This document shows, in pieces, positions 9,882-18,488 of a DNA stretch of 64,000 nt. How positions within the stretch are numbered: position 1 is the first letter of the stretch; each line of letters starts with the position of its first letter. Source of the stretch: Candidatus Buchananbacteria bacterium RIFCSPHIGHO2_01_FULL_44_11 (lineage in GTDB: Bacteria; Patescibacteriota; Patescibacteriia; Buchananbacterales; UBA6539); contig MHIE01000019.1 of NCBI GenBank assembly GCA_001817345.1, positions 10,380 to 74,379 on the forward strand, read 5' to 3'. Position numbers and translations under genes: made by a program. The notes beneath the pieces are model-generated. The model ran no database searches and had not been told where the DNA came from. It saw nothing but the letters and a program-made list of their open reading frames with translations.

Positions 9882-9926
9882 CCTAATTTCTAATTAGAAA
9901 TTAGATATTAGATATTAGAAATTATC
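9882..9926. repeat. Heptamer tandem repeat TTAGA(A/T)A x4
   Basis: aattagaaa-ttagata-ttagata-ttagaaa-tt between murA and ctpA. Confidence 0.6.
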
Positions 9927-11231
9927 TTATTCTATTCGCTTGATTTTGGCGCCAAGCTTAGTCAGTCGGTCGCACAGATCTTCGTAACCTCTTTCGATGG
10001 AATAAACGTTTCTTAAAATTGACTCACCTTCGGCCGCCAGCATTGCCACCAGAATAATCGTGGCCGGACGCAGAGCCGGCGGGCAGATTATCTCATTACC
10101 CCGCAAAGGCGTCGGACCGGTGATATAAACCCGATGAGGATCAACCAGGTTAATTTTTGCCCCCAGTTTATTGAGCTCGGTAAAATAAATCGCTCTTTCT
10201 TCATAAACCCAATCGAAAATAAACGTCGTGCCTTTGGCCTGGGTCGCAATCGGCGTAAAAAACGGCAAATTGTCGATATTAAGTCCAGGGAAAGACTGGG
10301 GATGAATTTTTTCTTCCAAAGCCACTAGCTCACTCCTGAAAGTCTGAAGATCAGCTAGATTACTCTGGCCATTTTTGGCTTTATAACTTTTCAAAATCTT
10401 ATACTTAAAACCCATTTTTTTTAATTTCAGCAATTCCAGCTCCAAAAAATCAATCGGACAACGTTTAATCGTGATGGAAGAATTGGTCGTTGCCGCTAAA
10501 GCGATAAAAAGCATTGACTCGATCGGGTCTTCGGTCAGCTGGTAAGTCACGTCTTTTTTAATTGACCGGCGGCCCTCAATTTCCAAAGTCGTGCTGCCGA
10601 TGCCGCTGATTTTAACGCCTAATTTTTTCAAAAAATAACAAAGGTCTTGGACCTGGTAGTTAGCCGAGGCAAATTTAATCGTGGTTTTGCCGGAAATCTT
10701 GGCGGCGGCCATAATTGCGTTTTCCGTCACGGTATCACCGGACTCATACAAAACTAAGTTTTTTACCGGATGTAAACCAGAGCTTTTGACCAAATAATGC
10801 TTGCGTAAGGTTTCAATTCTGACGCCAAATTCTTCTAGAGCATAAAGATGCGGCTTAACCGTTCTTTTGCCCAGCCGGCAGCCGCCCGGCTGAGGAATTT
10901 TAAAAGACTTCTTGAAACTCAATAAAACAGACAATAAAAACAAAATGCTCCGGGTTTTAATCGCCGACTGATAATTGATATTGTCTAAATTTAACTGCTT
11001 GGGCGGCTTGATTAGTAAATTGCTTTTACCAAACCAGCGGATTTCCACACCAATGCTTTCCAGAACTTCGATAATCCGGTTGACTTCTTCAATTTTAGGC
11101 ACCTGGATTAACTTAGTTGTGCCCTGGTTTAACAAAGCGGCATTCAATAAAACCACCGCCGCATTCTTGGAGGCGTTAGTTGTGATCGTGCCGTGCAATT
11201 TGGCCCCGCCGGAAATAATGAAACTGCTCAT
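9927..11231 (-). CDS. murA: UDP-N-acetylglucosamine 1-carboxyvinyltransferase
   Basis: ASKNA, PGGCRLGKR (Cys115 loop), VTENAIMAA, IERGYE. Confidence 0.93.
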   Translation of the reverse strand: MSSFIISGGAKLHGTITTNASKNAAVVLLNAALLNQGTTKLIQVPKIEEVNRIIEVLESIGVEIRWFGKSNLLIKPPKQLNLDNINYQSAIKTRSILFLLSVLLSFKKSFKIPQPGGCRLGKRTVKPHLYALEEFGVRIETLRKHYLVKSSGLHPVKNLVLYESGDTVTENAIMAAAKISGKTTIKFASANYQVQDLCYFLKKLGVKISGIGSTTLEIEGRRSIKKDVTYQLTEDPIESMLFIALAATTNSSITIKRCPIDFLELELLKLKKMGFKYKILKSYKAKNGQSNLADLQTFRSELVALEEKIHPQSFPGLNIDNLPFFTPIATQAKGTTFIFDWVYEERAIYFTELNKLGAKINLVDPHRVYITGPTPLRGNEIICPPALRPATIILVAMLAAEGESILRNVYSIERGYEDLCDRLTKLGAKIKRIE

Positions 11232-11295
11232 AAATTTCTCTACTCAAAAAATGAAATTTCTGCTAAAGTATAATAAGTTCTGAGATATTAACGCT

Positions 11296-11458
11296 TATTA
11301 TGTTTTTCCCGAATACTCCAAGGCTTGCCTGGGAAATGAGGGAAGTCTGAAAATAATACTGTCCCGCGGAGCGGGACACTACTCATAAAGAACCCGCCCA
11401 GATACCCAGCCGTTTCTGTATGTCATGGATACACAGAAACGGCTGGGTCGGGTTCATT
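11296..11458. repeat. Modular multi-hairpin repeat, copy A
   Basis: Nearly colinear with 61594-61750 and related to 62835-62960; shared TAAAGAACCCGCCCAGATACC...GGTCGGGTTCAT. Confidence 0.85.
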
Positions 11459-11490
11459 CATTCTACTATATTTTGACCTTAATTTACAAG

Positions 11491-11553
11491 TCCCGTTTTG
11501 TCGCTTTGCAAAAGATAATCTTATAATCATTGCTACCATAGCTCCTAACGGGA
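11491..11553. mobile_element. MITE-like element, TCCCGTT...AACGGGA, 4-bp TSD CAAG
   Basis: CAAG at 11487-11490 and 11554-11557; 7-bp terminal inverted repeat; internal TATAAT at 11522-11527. Confidence 0.55.
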
Positions 11554-11577
11554 CAAGTCCTACCTAAAAGATTAATT

Positions 11578-12948
11578 ATGAAAATAAAATACCGACGTCT
11601 TTTATACACAATATTCTTTTTGATTTTCTTTATCTTTGGCTCTTTTTTGTTCTTTGACACCGCCGGCTATCGTTATAATTTCAAAAGAAATAAGCTGGAA
11701 AAAACGGGCATTTTGATTGTTAATTCCAGCCCGACTGAAGCAGAAATATTTCTGAATGGCCAGTATCAGGACAAAACCCCAAGCCGTTTAACCAAATTAC
11801 TGCCCGACCAGTACGATGTTGAGGTCAGAAAAGATAATTTCTGGCCCTGGCAACAAAAATTAACCATCAGCAGCAATTTAACAACTTTTGCCGAAGGCAT
11901 TTTTCTTTTTAAAAAAAGTCTGCCGACCGTCAAAGTTAACGGCGAAATAAATATCCTAGCCCCCGAGCCAGGCCAGGGCAAAATTATTTATTCGCTCAAA
12001 AAAAACGGGCTGGAAGAAATCAGATTCTTGAATCTGGAAACTGACACCGATTTAGCGGTTGAGCAATTGCCTAACAAAACTTACGATTCAATGGAGTTTG
12101 TGGCTTGGTCGCCGAAAAAAAATAAAGCCTTGCTGAAAAAAATCATCGGCGATTTTAACCAATATTTGATCATTGACGCGGAAACTTTAAAAATCAAGGA
12201 GCTTTTCAATATTACCCGGTTGAATTTCGAACGCGTCAGCTGGGATCAAAAAAATAACGACTATCTTTACGGGCTCAGCGGCTCAGTTTTATACCGCATT
12301 GACCTGGGAAAAAATTCGGCCGAGTCATTGATTGCCGATCACATCACTGATTTCATGGGCCGGGACTCCGAAATTTATTATATCACTCAAGTCGCTAACG
12401 AATCCCTAATTAACCAAGTGATTTTGAATCAAACTCCCGGCCAAATTAAAAAAATAAAATTACCCGACTTTTCTGAATTCAGTCTTGCAGCGGCTCCAGA
12501 CGGTTACCTGGCTTTACTTAATAAAAAAAATAATGATTTGTTCATTATTAAAAGTCAAGTTTTCCTTGATAAAAATATGTCGGACAATATCGTTGTCCAG
12601 GCTCAGGCTAAAAATTTAAGCTGGAGCCCAGATTTCAAAAAATTCCTCTACTACAACGATTTTGAAATTTGGGTCTATGACCTGACAACCAACGAGGGTC
12701 AATTGTTGAATCGTTACAGCGAAGTGATTAGAGAGGCAATCTGGCACCCGAAAAAAAATTATGTCTTGTATCTATCCAATAACGCCATCAAAGCCATCAG
12801 AGTTGATCAGGCCGACATTAAAAACGACTTAACTTTGGCTGAATTAGACAATGTCAGTGAATTAACACTTGACCGCCAAGGGGAAAACCTCTACGGCCGG
12901 GGCAAAATCGGCAGCCAGCAAGGCATCTACCAGCTGGAACTGCAGTAA
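11578..12948 (+). CDS. Membrane-anchored PEGA domain protein with beta-propeller-like C-terminus
   Basis: TM helix; TGILIVNSSPTEAEIFLNG...KTP...YDVEVRKDNF (PEGA); repeated WSP/WHP motifs. Confidence 0.8.
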   Translation: MKIKYRRLLYTIFFLIFFIFGSFLFFDTAGYRYNFKRNKLEKTGILIVNSSPTEAEIFLNGQYQDKTPSRLTKLLPDQYDVEVRKDNFWPWQQKLTISSNLTTFAEGIFLFKKSLPTVKVNGEINILAPEPGQGKIIYSLKKNGLEEIRFLNLETDTDLAVEQLPNKTYDSMEFVAWSPKKNKALLKKIIGDFNQYLIIDAETLKIKELFNITRLNFERVSWDQKNNDYLYGLSGSVLYRIDLGKNSAESLIADHITDFMGRDSEIYYITQVANESLINQVILNQTPGQIKKIKLPDFSEFSLAAAPDGYLALLNKKNNDLFIIKSQVFLDKNMSDNIVVQAQAKNLSWSPDFKKFLYYNDFEIWVYDLTTNEGQLLNRYSEVIREAIWHPKKNYVLYLSNNAIKAIRVDQADIKNDLTLAELDNVSELTLDRQGENLYGRGKIGSQQGIYQLELQ

Positions 12949-12949
12949 T

Positions 12950-13672
12950 TCAGCCTTTGGCCATTTTAGAGACTAAATTGGCCGCTTCCAGCAGACTGTC
13001 AAAAGATTCGCCACCATCGCCCCACCAGCCTTCCAGTTTTTCAAAAGTCATTGTCCCCTGCTTAACGTAAAAATTGTTCACATCGGTAATTTCTAACTCA
13101 CCGCGACCGGAGGGTTTTAATTTTTTAATGACCTGCCAAACCTGGTTATCGTACATGTAGACACCGATGACAGCCAGGTTAGTTTTTGGCTGCTTGGGTT
13201 TTTCTTCAATACTGGTGATACTTTGGCCAGCCACTTGAGCAATGCCAAATGATTGAGGATTATTAACCGTTTTGAGAAATATCTTAGCGCCTTTAGCCTG
13301 TTTTTCAAAATCTTTAACCGCAGCCTTAATGCTGTCTTCCAGGATATTGTCGCCCAGCATCACGATAATTTTGTCATTATCAGCAAAGTCCTGGCACAAA
13401 CCCAAGGCCTCGGCAATACCGCCAGCCCCTTCTTGAACGCCGTAGGAAAATTGAGCGCCCCAATCACTGCCGGATCGCAGTAACGTCAAAAAATCGCCAG
13501 CATGGTCTTTGCCGGAAACAATCATAATTTCAGTAACCCCGGCTTCAACCAAAGTCTGAATCGGATAATAAATCATCGGTTTGTCGTAAACTGGCAGTAA
13601 GTGTTTGTTGGTCACTCGGGTCAGCGGATCAAGACGTGAGCCAGTGCCACCGGCTAAAATAATACCTTTCAT
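12950..13672 (-). CDS. rfbA: Glucose-1-phosphate thymidylyltransferase
   Basis: MKGIILAGGTGSRLDPLT..NKHLLPVYDKPMIYY, SGRGELEITD. Confidence 0.9.
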   Translation of the reverse strand: MKGIILAGGTGSRLDPLTRVTNKHLLPVYDKPMIYYPIQTLVEAGVTEIMIVSGKDHAGDFLTLLRSGSDWGAQFSYGVQEGAGGIAEALGLCQDFADNDKIIVMLGDNILEDSIKAAVKDFEKQAKGAKIFLKTVNNPQSFGIAQVAGQSITSIEEKPKQPKTNLAVIGVYMYDNQVWQVIKKLKPSGRGELEITDVNNFYVKQGTMTFEKLEGWWGDGGESFDSLLEAANLVSKMAKG

Positions 13673-13788
13673 CCCATTAGAAGCAGATCGCGATCAAGGA
13701 TCGTCGAGTCTTGATTAATTGATTAGTAGTATAGATATTCATGGTAATTTATCCTCCCAATTAGCCGCGATCGCGGCTTCTAACGGGA
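13672..13788. mobile_element. MITE (TIR TCCCRTTAGAAGC), 4-bp TSD TTCA, inserted in rfbA start codon
   Basis: TTCA at 13668-13671 and 13789-13792; TIRs TCCCATTAGAAGC / GCTTCTAACGGGA. Confidence 0.8.
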
Positions 13789-13803
13789 TTCATAACTTTA
13801 TGA

Positions 13804-14400
13804 TTAGTCGCAATACGAGAATTCGTTAAGTACATAATGACTATAGCTTGAATTCCCATCATCAGAAATTGTTATAATATAGCATGGAGAAAAATTACCA
13901 TTATTTTCTTTATTGTAAGGTGAGAATACCTCGCAATTCTTAAAGTCAGAGAAACATTGAGCCACAACTTTTCCTTGAGCGTCTAGTTTCTTGATATATG
14001 CCATGTGCTCTTTTCCCCCCTTATCTCTAAAGAAAACCTCCGCATTCTCCATCTCTTCACCAGTAGGAGAGACAACTGAAATGTAATTCATTGTACATTT
14101 GATACCTTCATCTTGATAACAATTGAAATTATCCTTTAGGGATTGTAAGAAATCCTTGTCATTTCTTGTTGTGTCTGATTCGGGTACATTTACAGTACCT
14201 TTGTAGAAATTATTTGTTATGTTAAATTCTTGTTGATTATTTGAATTACTCAAATTACTATTTGTAATCTGTTGATTGTTGTCACCTCTAACAACTGAGG
14301 AGTTAGCAATAGAACTCTCATTAAAATACCACCATCCAATAACCGCAATCAAAACCGACACCATTATTGTAATATAAAAACGCTTATCTCCCTTACTCAT
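13804..14400 (-). CDS. Hypothetical membrane-anchored Asn-rich, Cys-containing protein
   Basis: N-terminal TM helix, low-complexity N/Q linker, AT-rich codon usage unlike neighbours. Confidence 0.6.
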   Translation of the reverse strand: MSKGDKRFYITIMVSVLIAVIGWWYFNESSIANSSVVRGDNNQQITNSNLSNSNNQQEFNITNNFYKGTVNVPESDTTRNDKDFLQSLKDNFNCYQDEGIKCTMNYISVVSPTGEEMENAEVFFRDKGGKEHMAYIKKLDAQGKVVAQCFSDFKNCEVFSPYNKENNGNFSPCYIITISDDGNSSYSHYVLNEFSYCD

Positions 14401-15235
14401 AATTGTATTTTAAGTAATCATTCAGCGCCTCTTGCCACTCCCGCATTGGCTTAATTTTAGTATTGATCAACATGGAATACTTTGGCCGCTGGGCTGGCCG
14501 AGGAAATTCTTCAGTGCTGCAAGGCTCAATTTCGGCTGATAAATTTTTGAGTTTAACAGCGGCTTGAGCAAATTCATACCACGTGATACCGCTGGCAGGA
14601 GCTTGATTAGTAATGTGGTAAATGCCAAACGGCTGATTTTGTTCGACTATGTTTCGCGTGGCTTGGGCTAAGTCTAAAGTATAAGTCGGTTTGCCAAACT
14701 GGTCATTAACTACTTTGAGCTTATCAGAGCTTTTTGCTTTCGTCAAAATAGTGTCAACAAAATTCTTACCGCCGGGGCCATAAAGCCAGGCAGTGCGAAT
14801 CAAATAATATTTCTCGCCTTTTTTGGTTAGCTCCTGCTCGCCTCGAAGTTTAGTTCGGCCATAAGCGTTAACTGGATTAGTCGGGTCGCTTTCTTTGTAG
14901 CCAGCCGAGTTTTGGCCGTCAAATACATAGTCCGTACTATAATGAACTAAAATGGCACCTAAATGTTTAGCCACACTGGCTAAATAGCCAACCGCTAAAC
15001 CGTTAACCCGAACAGCCAGGTCTTCATTGGTTTCACAGCCATCAACGTCAGTGTAAGCCGCGGCGTTAATGATAATCTGGGGCTGAAGACTAAGAATTTT
15101 TTGCTCCACTTGCTGCTGGTCAGTGATATCGAGTTGATTTAGATCCCAAAGGCTTAAATCGGCATCAGAAAAAACCCGAGCCAGAGCCTGGCCCAGCATG
15201 CCTTTAGCACCTAGAATGAGGACTTTTTTAGTCAT
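14393..15235 (-). CDS. rfbD: dTDP-4-dehydrorhamnose reductase
   Basis: GAKGMLG, NAAAYTDVD, STDYVFDG, YGRTK, DQFGKPT. Confidence 0.95.
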   Translation of the reverse strand: MTKKVLILGAKGMLGQALARVFSDADLSLWDLNQLDITDQQQVEQKILSLQPQIIINAAAYTDVDGCETNEDLAVRVNGLAVGYLASVAKHLGAILVHYSTDYVFDGQNSAGYKESDPTNPVNAYGRTKLRGEQELTKKGEKYYLIRTAWLYGPGGKNFVDTILTKAKSSDKLKVVNDQFGKPTYTLDLAQATRNIVEQNQPFGIYHITNQAPASGITWYEFAQAAVKLKNLSAEIEPCSTEEFPRPAQRPKYSMLINTKIKPMREWQEALNDYLKYNYE

Positions 15236-15245
15236 ACAAACAATT

Positions 15246-15402
15246 TGTCATTGCGAACCCCGCCGTTTCTGTTTATCTATAGTCAGACGGAAACGGCGAG
15301 GTGAAGCAATCTGACGCGAAGCGTCATCCCGAGGGAACCGAGGGATCTGTCTTGCCAAGGGGATTGCTTCGTCTCCGCCAGATGGCGGATCCTCGCAATG
15401 AC
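15246..15402. repeat. TGTCATTGCGA...GAAGCAATC palindromic doublet (gene-less copy)
   Basis: Ends TGTCATTGCGA / TCGCAATGAC; 71-bp core 15303-15373 identical to 46784-46854. Confidence 0.85.
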
Positions 15403-15404
15403 TA

Positions 15405-16103
15405 TTATTTTTGGTTCCATTGCTTAGATAAAAGCCTTGCTAGCTGCCGGCGGAAAACCAGTTGCTGCCTAATGGGGTTAATTAATTCAAGGCAAATATA
15501 AGGAGAAAAATATTTTTGTGGAATATTAGTCACGTATTCCAGCTCGGAAAAATTTTCAACGCCGTGCCAATGCCGGCCGCTGGCTTTAACCGCGCTCAAA
15601 TGATTGCAACCGATTTTATAGTGATAGTCCTCTACTCCCTCTTGGGCAATAAAAAAATTGTCATTAACCTGGCGCCGGTTGATTTCCAGGTGAGACAAGT
15701 CAATGGCTAGACCCCCAAATTTTTTGATAACATCTAAATCGCGAATTTTACTTTGATAACCGTTATTTTCAACAAAAATCTTTTTTCGGTTTTTAAAATT
15801 ATTAAAGTGCTTCAGATACTGGAAATGCATGGTAAAAGCTTTGGTACCAAAACGCTTAATCAAATAGTCAAACTCATGCTCTTTAAGCATGTCGTGGCGG
15901 GCGTGGACATGGGGAATAAATCGGACTGAAGTTTTTTCCAGGGCCTGATAAATTTTTTTCCGCTCCTGAATGTCTGCCCCGGTCAAAAACAAAGAAATTT
16001 CGGTTAACCTAAAACGACGGACCGCCGCAACCATTTTTTGCCAATCAGCCGACCAGGTTACCACTGACGGATAAATTCTGCTTAAAATTTCAGCCTCTTT
16101 CAT
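15405..16103 (-). CDS. Hypothetical protein (possible metal-binding TIM-barrel)
   Basis: 232-aa ORF with host-like codon usage; PHVHARH, VENN, IDLSH, NHLS, CLEL resemble xylose-isomerase-like metal ligands. Confidence 0.5.
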   Translation of the reverse strand: MKEAEILSRIYPSVVTWSADWQKMVAAVRRFRLTEISLFLTGADIQERKKIYQALEKTSVRFIPHVHARHDMLKEHEFDYLIKRFGTKAFTMHFQYLKHFNNFKNRKKIFVENNGYQSKIRDLDVIKKFGGLAIDLSHLEINRRQVNDNFFIAQEGVEDYHYKIGCNHLSAVKASGRHWHGVENFSELEYVTNIPQKYFSPYICLELINPIRQQLVFRRQLARLLSKQWNQK

Positions 16104-16118
16104 CTTTAAATATAATAT

Positions 16119-16148
16119 TGAATTAAGAATTATGAATTACGAATTATG
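16119..16148. repeat. Heptamer tandem repeat GAATTAN x4
   Basis: gaattaa-gaattat-gaattac-gaattat. Confidence 0.6.
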
Positions 16149-16157
16149 GCTGATCCC

Positions 16158-17177
16158 TTAATTCCTGCTTCTTAATTCATAATTCTTTTGATAATACTGC
16201 TGGTACTCGCCTGATTTGATCCGTTGCCACCAGCTCTGATTTTGTTGATACCACAAAACGGTCTTTTCCAAATAGTCTTCAAAATCATGCTCGGGTTGAT
16301 AACCCAGTTCTTTTTTGGCTTTTGACCAATCCAAGGCATAGCGCCGATCATGACCGGGCCGGTCTTTAACATATTCAATCAGAGATTCATCTTGGCCCAA
16401 AATTTTAATAATTTTTCTGATCACTTCCAGATTACTAATATCTTTAGTCATGCCGCCGATGCAATAAGTCTGACCAATTTCGCCTTTCTCTAAAATCAAA
16501 TCAATCGCCCGGCAATGATCTTCAACGTAAACCCAATCGCGGACATAAAGCCCGTCGCCGTAAACCGGCACTGATTTACCAACCAGCAAATTCGTGATGG
16601 CCAAAGGGATTAACTTTTCCGGAAATTGATACGGGCCAAAATTATTTGAAGCATTGCTGATAGTCGCGGCTAAACCATGGGTGTGAATATAGGCTCTGAC
16701 CAGGTGATCCGAACCGGCCTTGGCCGCCGAATACGGACTGCGGGGGTTGTAGGGGCTAGACTCGTTGAATTTCTCTTTGGTGTTTAGCGGCAACTGACCA
16801 AAGACTTCATCGGTGGAAATATGGTGAAATCGCTTGTCATATTCTTTCGCCGCATTGAGTAAAACTTGGGTGCCTAAGACATTGGTTTTAATAAAATCAA
16901 TATCACCCATAATGGAGCGGTCAACATGGCTCTCAGCGGCGAAATGAACCACCACGTCGCAATCCCGAACCAAAGGCATAGTAACGTCAGCGCTGATAAT
17001 ATCACCCAAAATAAATTTATAATTCGGCCGGCCGGTAAACTCTTTAAGATTTTCCAGGTTACCAGCGTAAGTGAGTTTATCCAAATTCCAAATCTCATCA
17101 TTCGGATGATGTTTAAACCAGTAATGGATAAAATTGGAACCAATAAAACCGGCGCCGCCTGTGACTAATAGTTTCAT
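16158..17177 (-). CDS. rfbB: dTDP-glucose 4,6-dehydratase
   Basis: TGGAGFIGSNF, DKLTYAGN, AAESHVDRS, STDEVFG, YSAAK, DRPGHDRRY. Confidence 0.96.
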   Translation of the reverse strand: MKLLVTGGAGFIGSNFIHYWFKHHPNDEIWNLDKLTYAGNLENLKEFTGRPNYKFILGDIISADVTMPLVRDCDVVVHFAAESHVDRSIMGDIDFIKTNVLGTQVLLNAAKEYDKRFHHISTDEVFGQLPLNTKEKFNESSPYNPRSPYSAAKAGSDHLVRAYIHTHGLAATISNASNNFGPYQFPEKLIPLAITNLLVGKSVPVYGDGLYVRDWVYVEDHCRAIDLILEKGEIGQTYCIGGMTKDISNLEVIRKIIKILGQDESLIEYVKDRPGHDRRYALDWSKAKKELGYQPEHDFEDYLEKTVLWYQQNQSWWQRIKSGEYQQYYQKNYELRSRN

Positions 17178-17309
17178 ATTGACAAAGACTTAATTCTATG
17201 TTATTTTACTATATTCAATCCTAAAATACAAGATTGAAAAAATAGGTTCTTTGACCCAGTCAACCACTTGAAATCTTGAAAAATCCAAATTCAAACAAGG
17301 AGAATGCGG

Positions 17310-18416
17310 ATGAAACTCATCGCGGTTGTAATGAAAGATGCCGGTTCTTTTAATGCGGTCATGCCGGCAGGAGAACTGCTTTCGGCCAATGGCGGACACG
17401 ACTATGGTTGCGTTTACTTCGCCTCCGGCGTCGCCGCCACTAAATTGAAAGAGCGAGACATCCCCTATCAGAATGCCGACGAATTCGTCGGCGATTCCTT
17501 TGACCTCGTCCTCTGCGGCACGTCTTCAACCGCCGACGGCGATTTCTTGGAACGCGATATCTGCCGGAAAGCCACGGCCAAAGGTATTCCGATCGTCGCA
17601 ATCAGCGACGTCTGGATGAGCGCCCTGCGGCTCAAAGATGACGCAGTTAAGCTGACGGTGGTCACCAGTATCGATCAGCAAAGCACGTCATTGCTCCGGC
17701 AAGTCATGCCCGGCGTCAAAATCGTGACGACCGGCAATCCGGCTTTTGATCAATGGTTCCATGGTCAAAACCAATACACGACCAACCGCTCGGCCATCCG
17801 AGAGAGACTCGGCCTGCACCCCAAAGAAAAGCTGGTCTGCTTTTTCGGCGGCTATGGCGACCAAAGCGCCGATATCCTCCAGTTACTCTGCGACACGCTG
17901 GGAGACATCGGCAGCCCATATTTAGCTTTCGCTGTGCGCAACCATCCGGCGATTCTCCAAAACCCCAAGTGGGCCAAAGATAAGGCCAAAATTGAAGCCA
18001 CCCTGGCCGATTTCTTTGGCCGAACGGTTGACACCGCTGAATATAAAACCGGAGAATCGCTCCTGCCGGCCGCCGACCTCTGTGTGGCCAATTGGTCAAC
18101 CTTACTGCTCCAAGCCACTCACCTGGTCTCACTTCACGGTTCGCCGATGTCTTTGCACATCATCCTGCCTGAGTATGATCAGGGCTGGATTGCCAACCAG
18201 TTCTGCGGCCTGAGTAACACCGTGCCGGCCGTCACATTAGGTGCGGCCAAAGCAGTCTACCAGTACAGTCCGGCCGATGTGGCCACCGCCATCTCCAACC
18301 TCTTATTCAATGAAAATACGAGGCACGAGATAACCCGCGCCGCCAAAAGGGACTTTCGACTCGACGGCCGGTCAACCGAACGCGTCGCCGCCGAAGTCAT
18401 CCAGCTCCTCAACTGA
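17310..18416 (+). CDS. GT-B fold-like protein (CDP-glycerol transferase / epimerase-like), function uncertain
   Basis: TGNPAFD, NHP, ADLCVANWSTLLLQA. AAGGAG Shine-Dalgarno 7 nt before ATG 17310; TTGACA-17-TATTTT promoter at about 17179-17207. Confidence 0.55.
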   Translation: MKLIAVVMKDAGSFNAVMPAGELLSANGGHDYGCVYFASGVAATKLKERDIPYQNADEFVGDSFDLVLCGTSSTADGDFLERDICRKATAKGIPIVAISDVWMSALRLKDDAVKLTVVTSIDQQSTSLLRQVMPGVKIVTTGNPAFDQWFHGQNQYTTNRSAIRERLGLHPKEKLVCFFGGYGDQSADILQLLCDTLGDIGSPYLAFAVRNHPAILQNPKWAKDKAKIEATLADFFGRTVDTAEYKTGESLLPAADLCVANWSTLLLQATHLVSLHGSPMSLHIILPEYDQGWIANQFCGLSNTVPAVTLGAAKAVYQYSPADVATAISNLLFNENTRHEITRAAKRDFRLDGRSTERVAAEVIQLLN

Positions 18417-18456
18417 TCACCTGCTCATTCGCATTGGGAACAAAAAAATCGTTCCC

Positions 18457-18487
18457 ATCCGCTGACCCCTGTCGGCGGATTTTTTTT
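18457..18487 (+). terminator. Intrinsic terminator
   Basis: ATCCGCTGAC-CCCT-GTCGGCGGAT plus T7; preceded by a second hairpin TGGGAAC/GTTCCCA. Confidence 0.75.
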
Positions 18488-18488
18488 A

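Noticed and set aside
15301-15501. 66-aa ORF on + strand
   Set aside because: Translation of the palindromic repeat plus antisense of a real gene.
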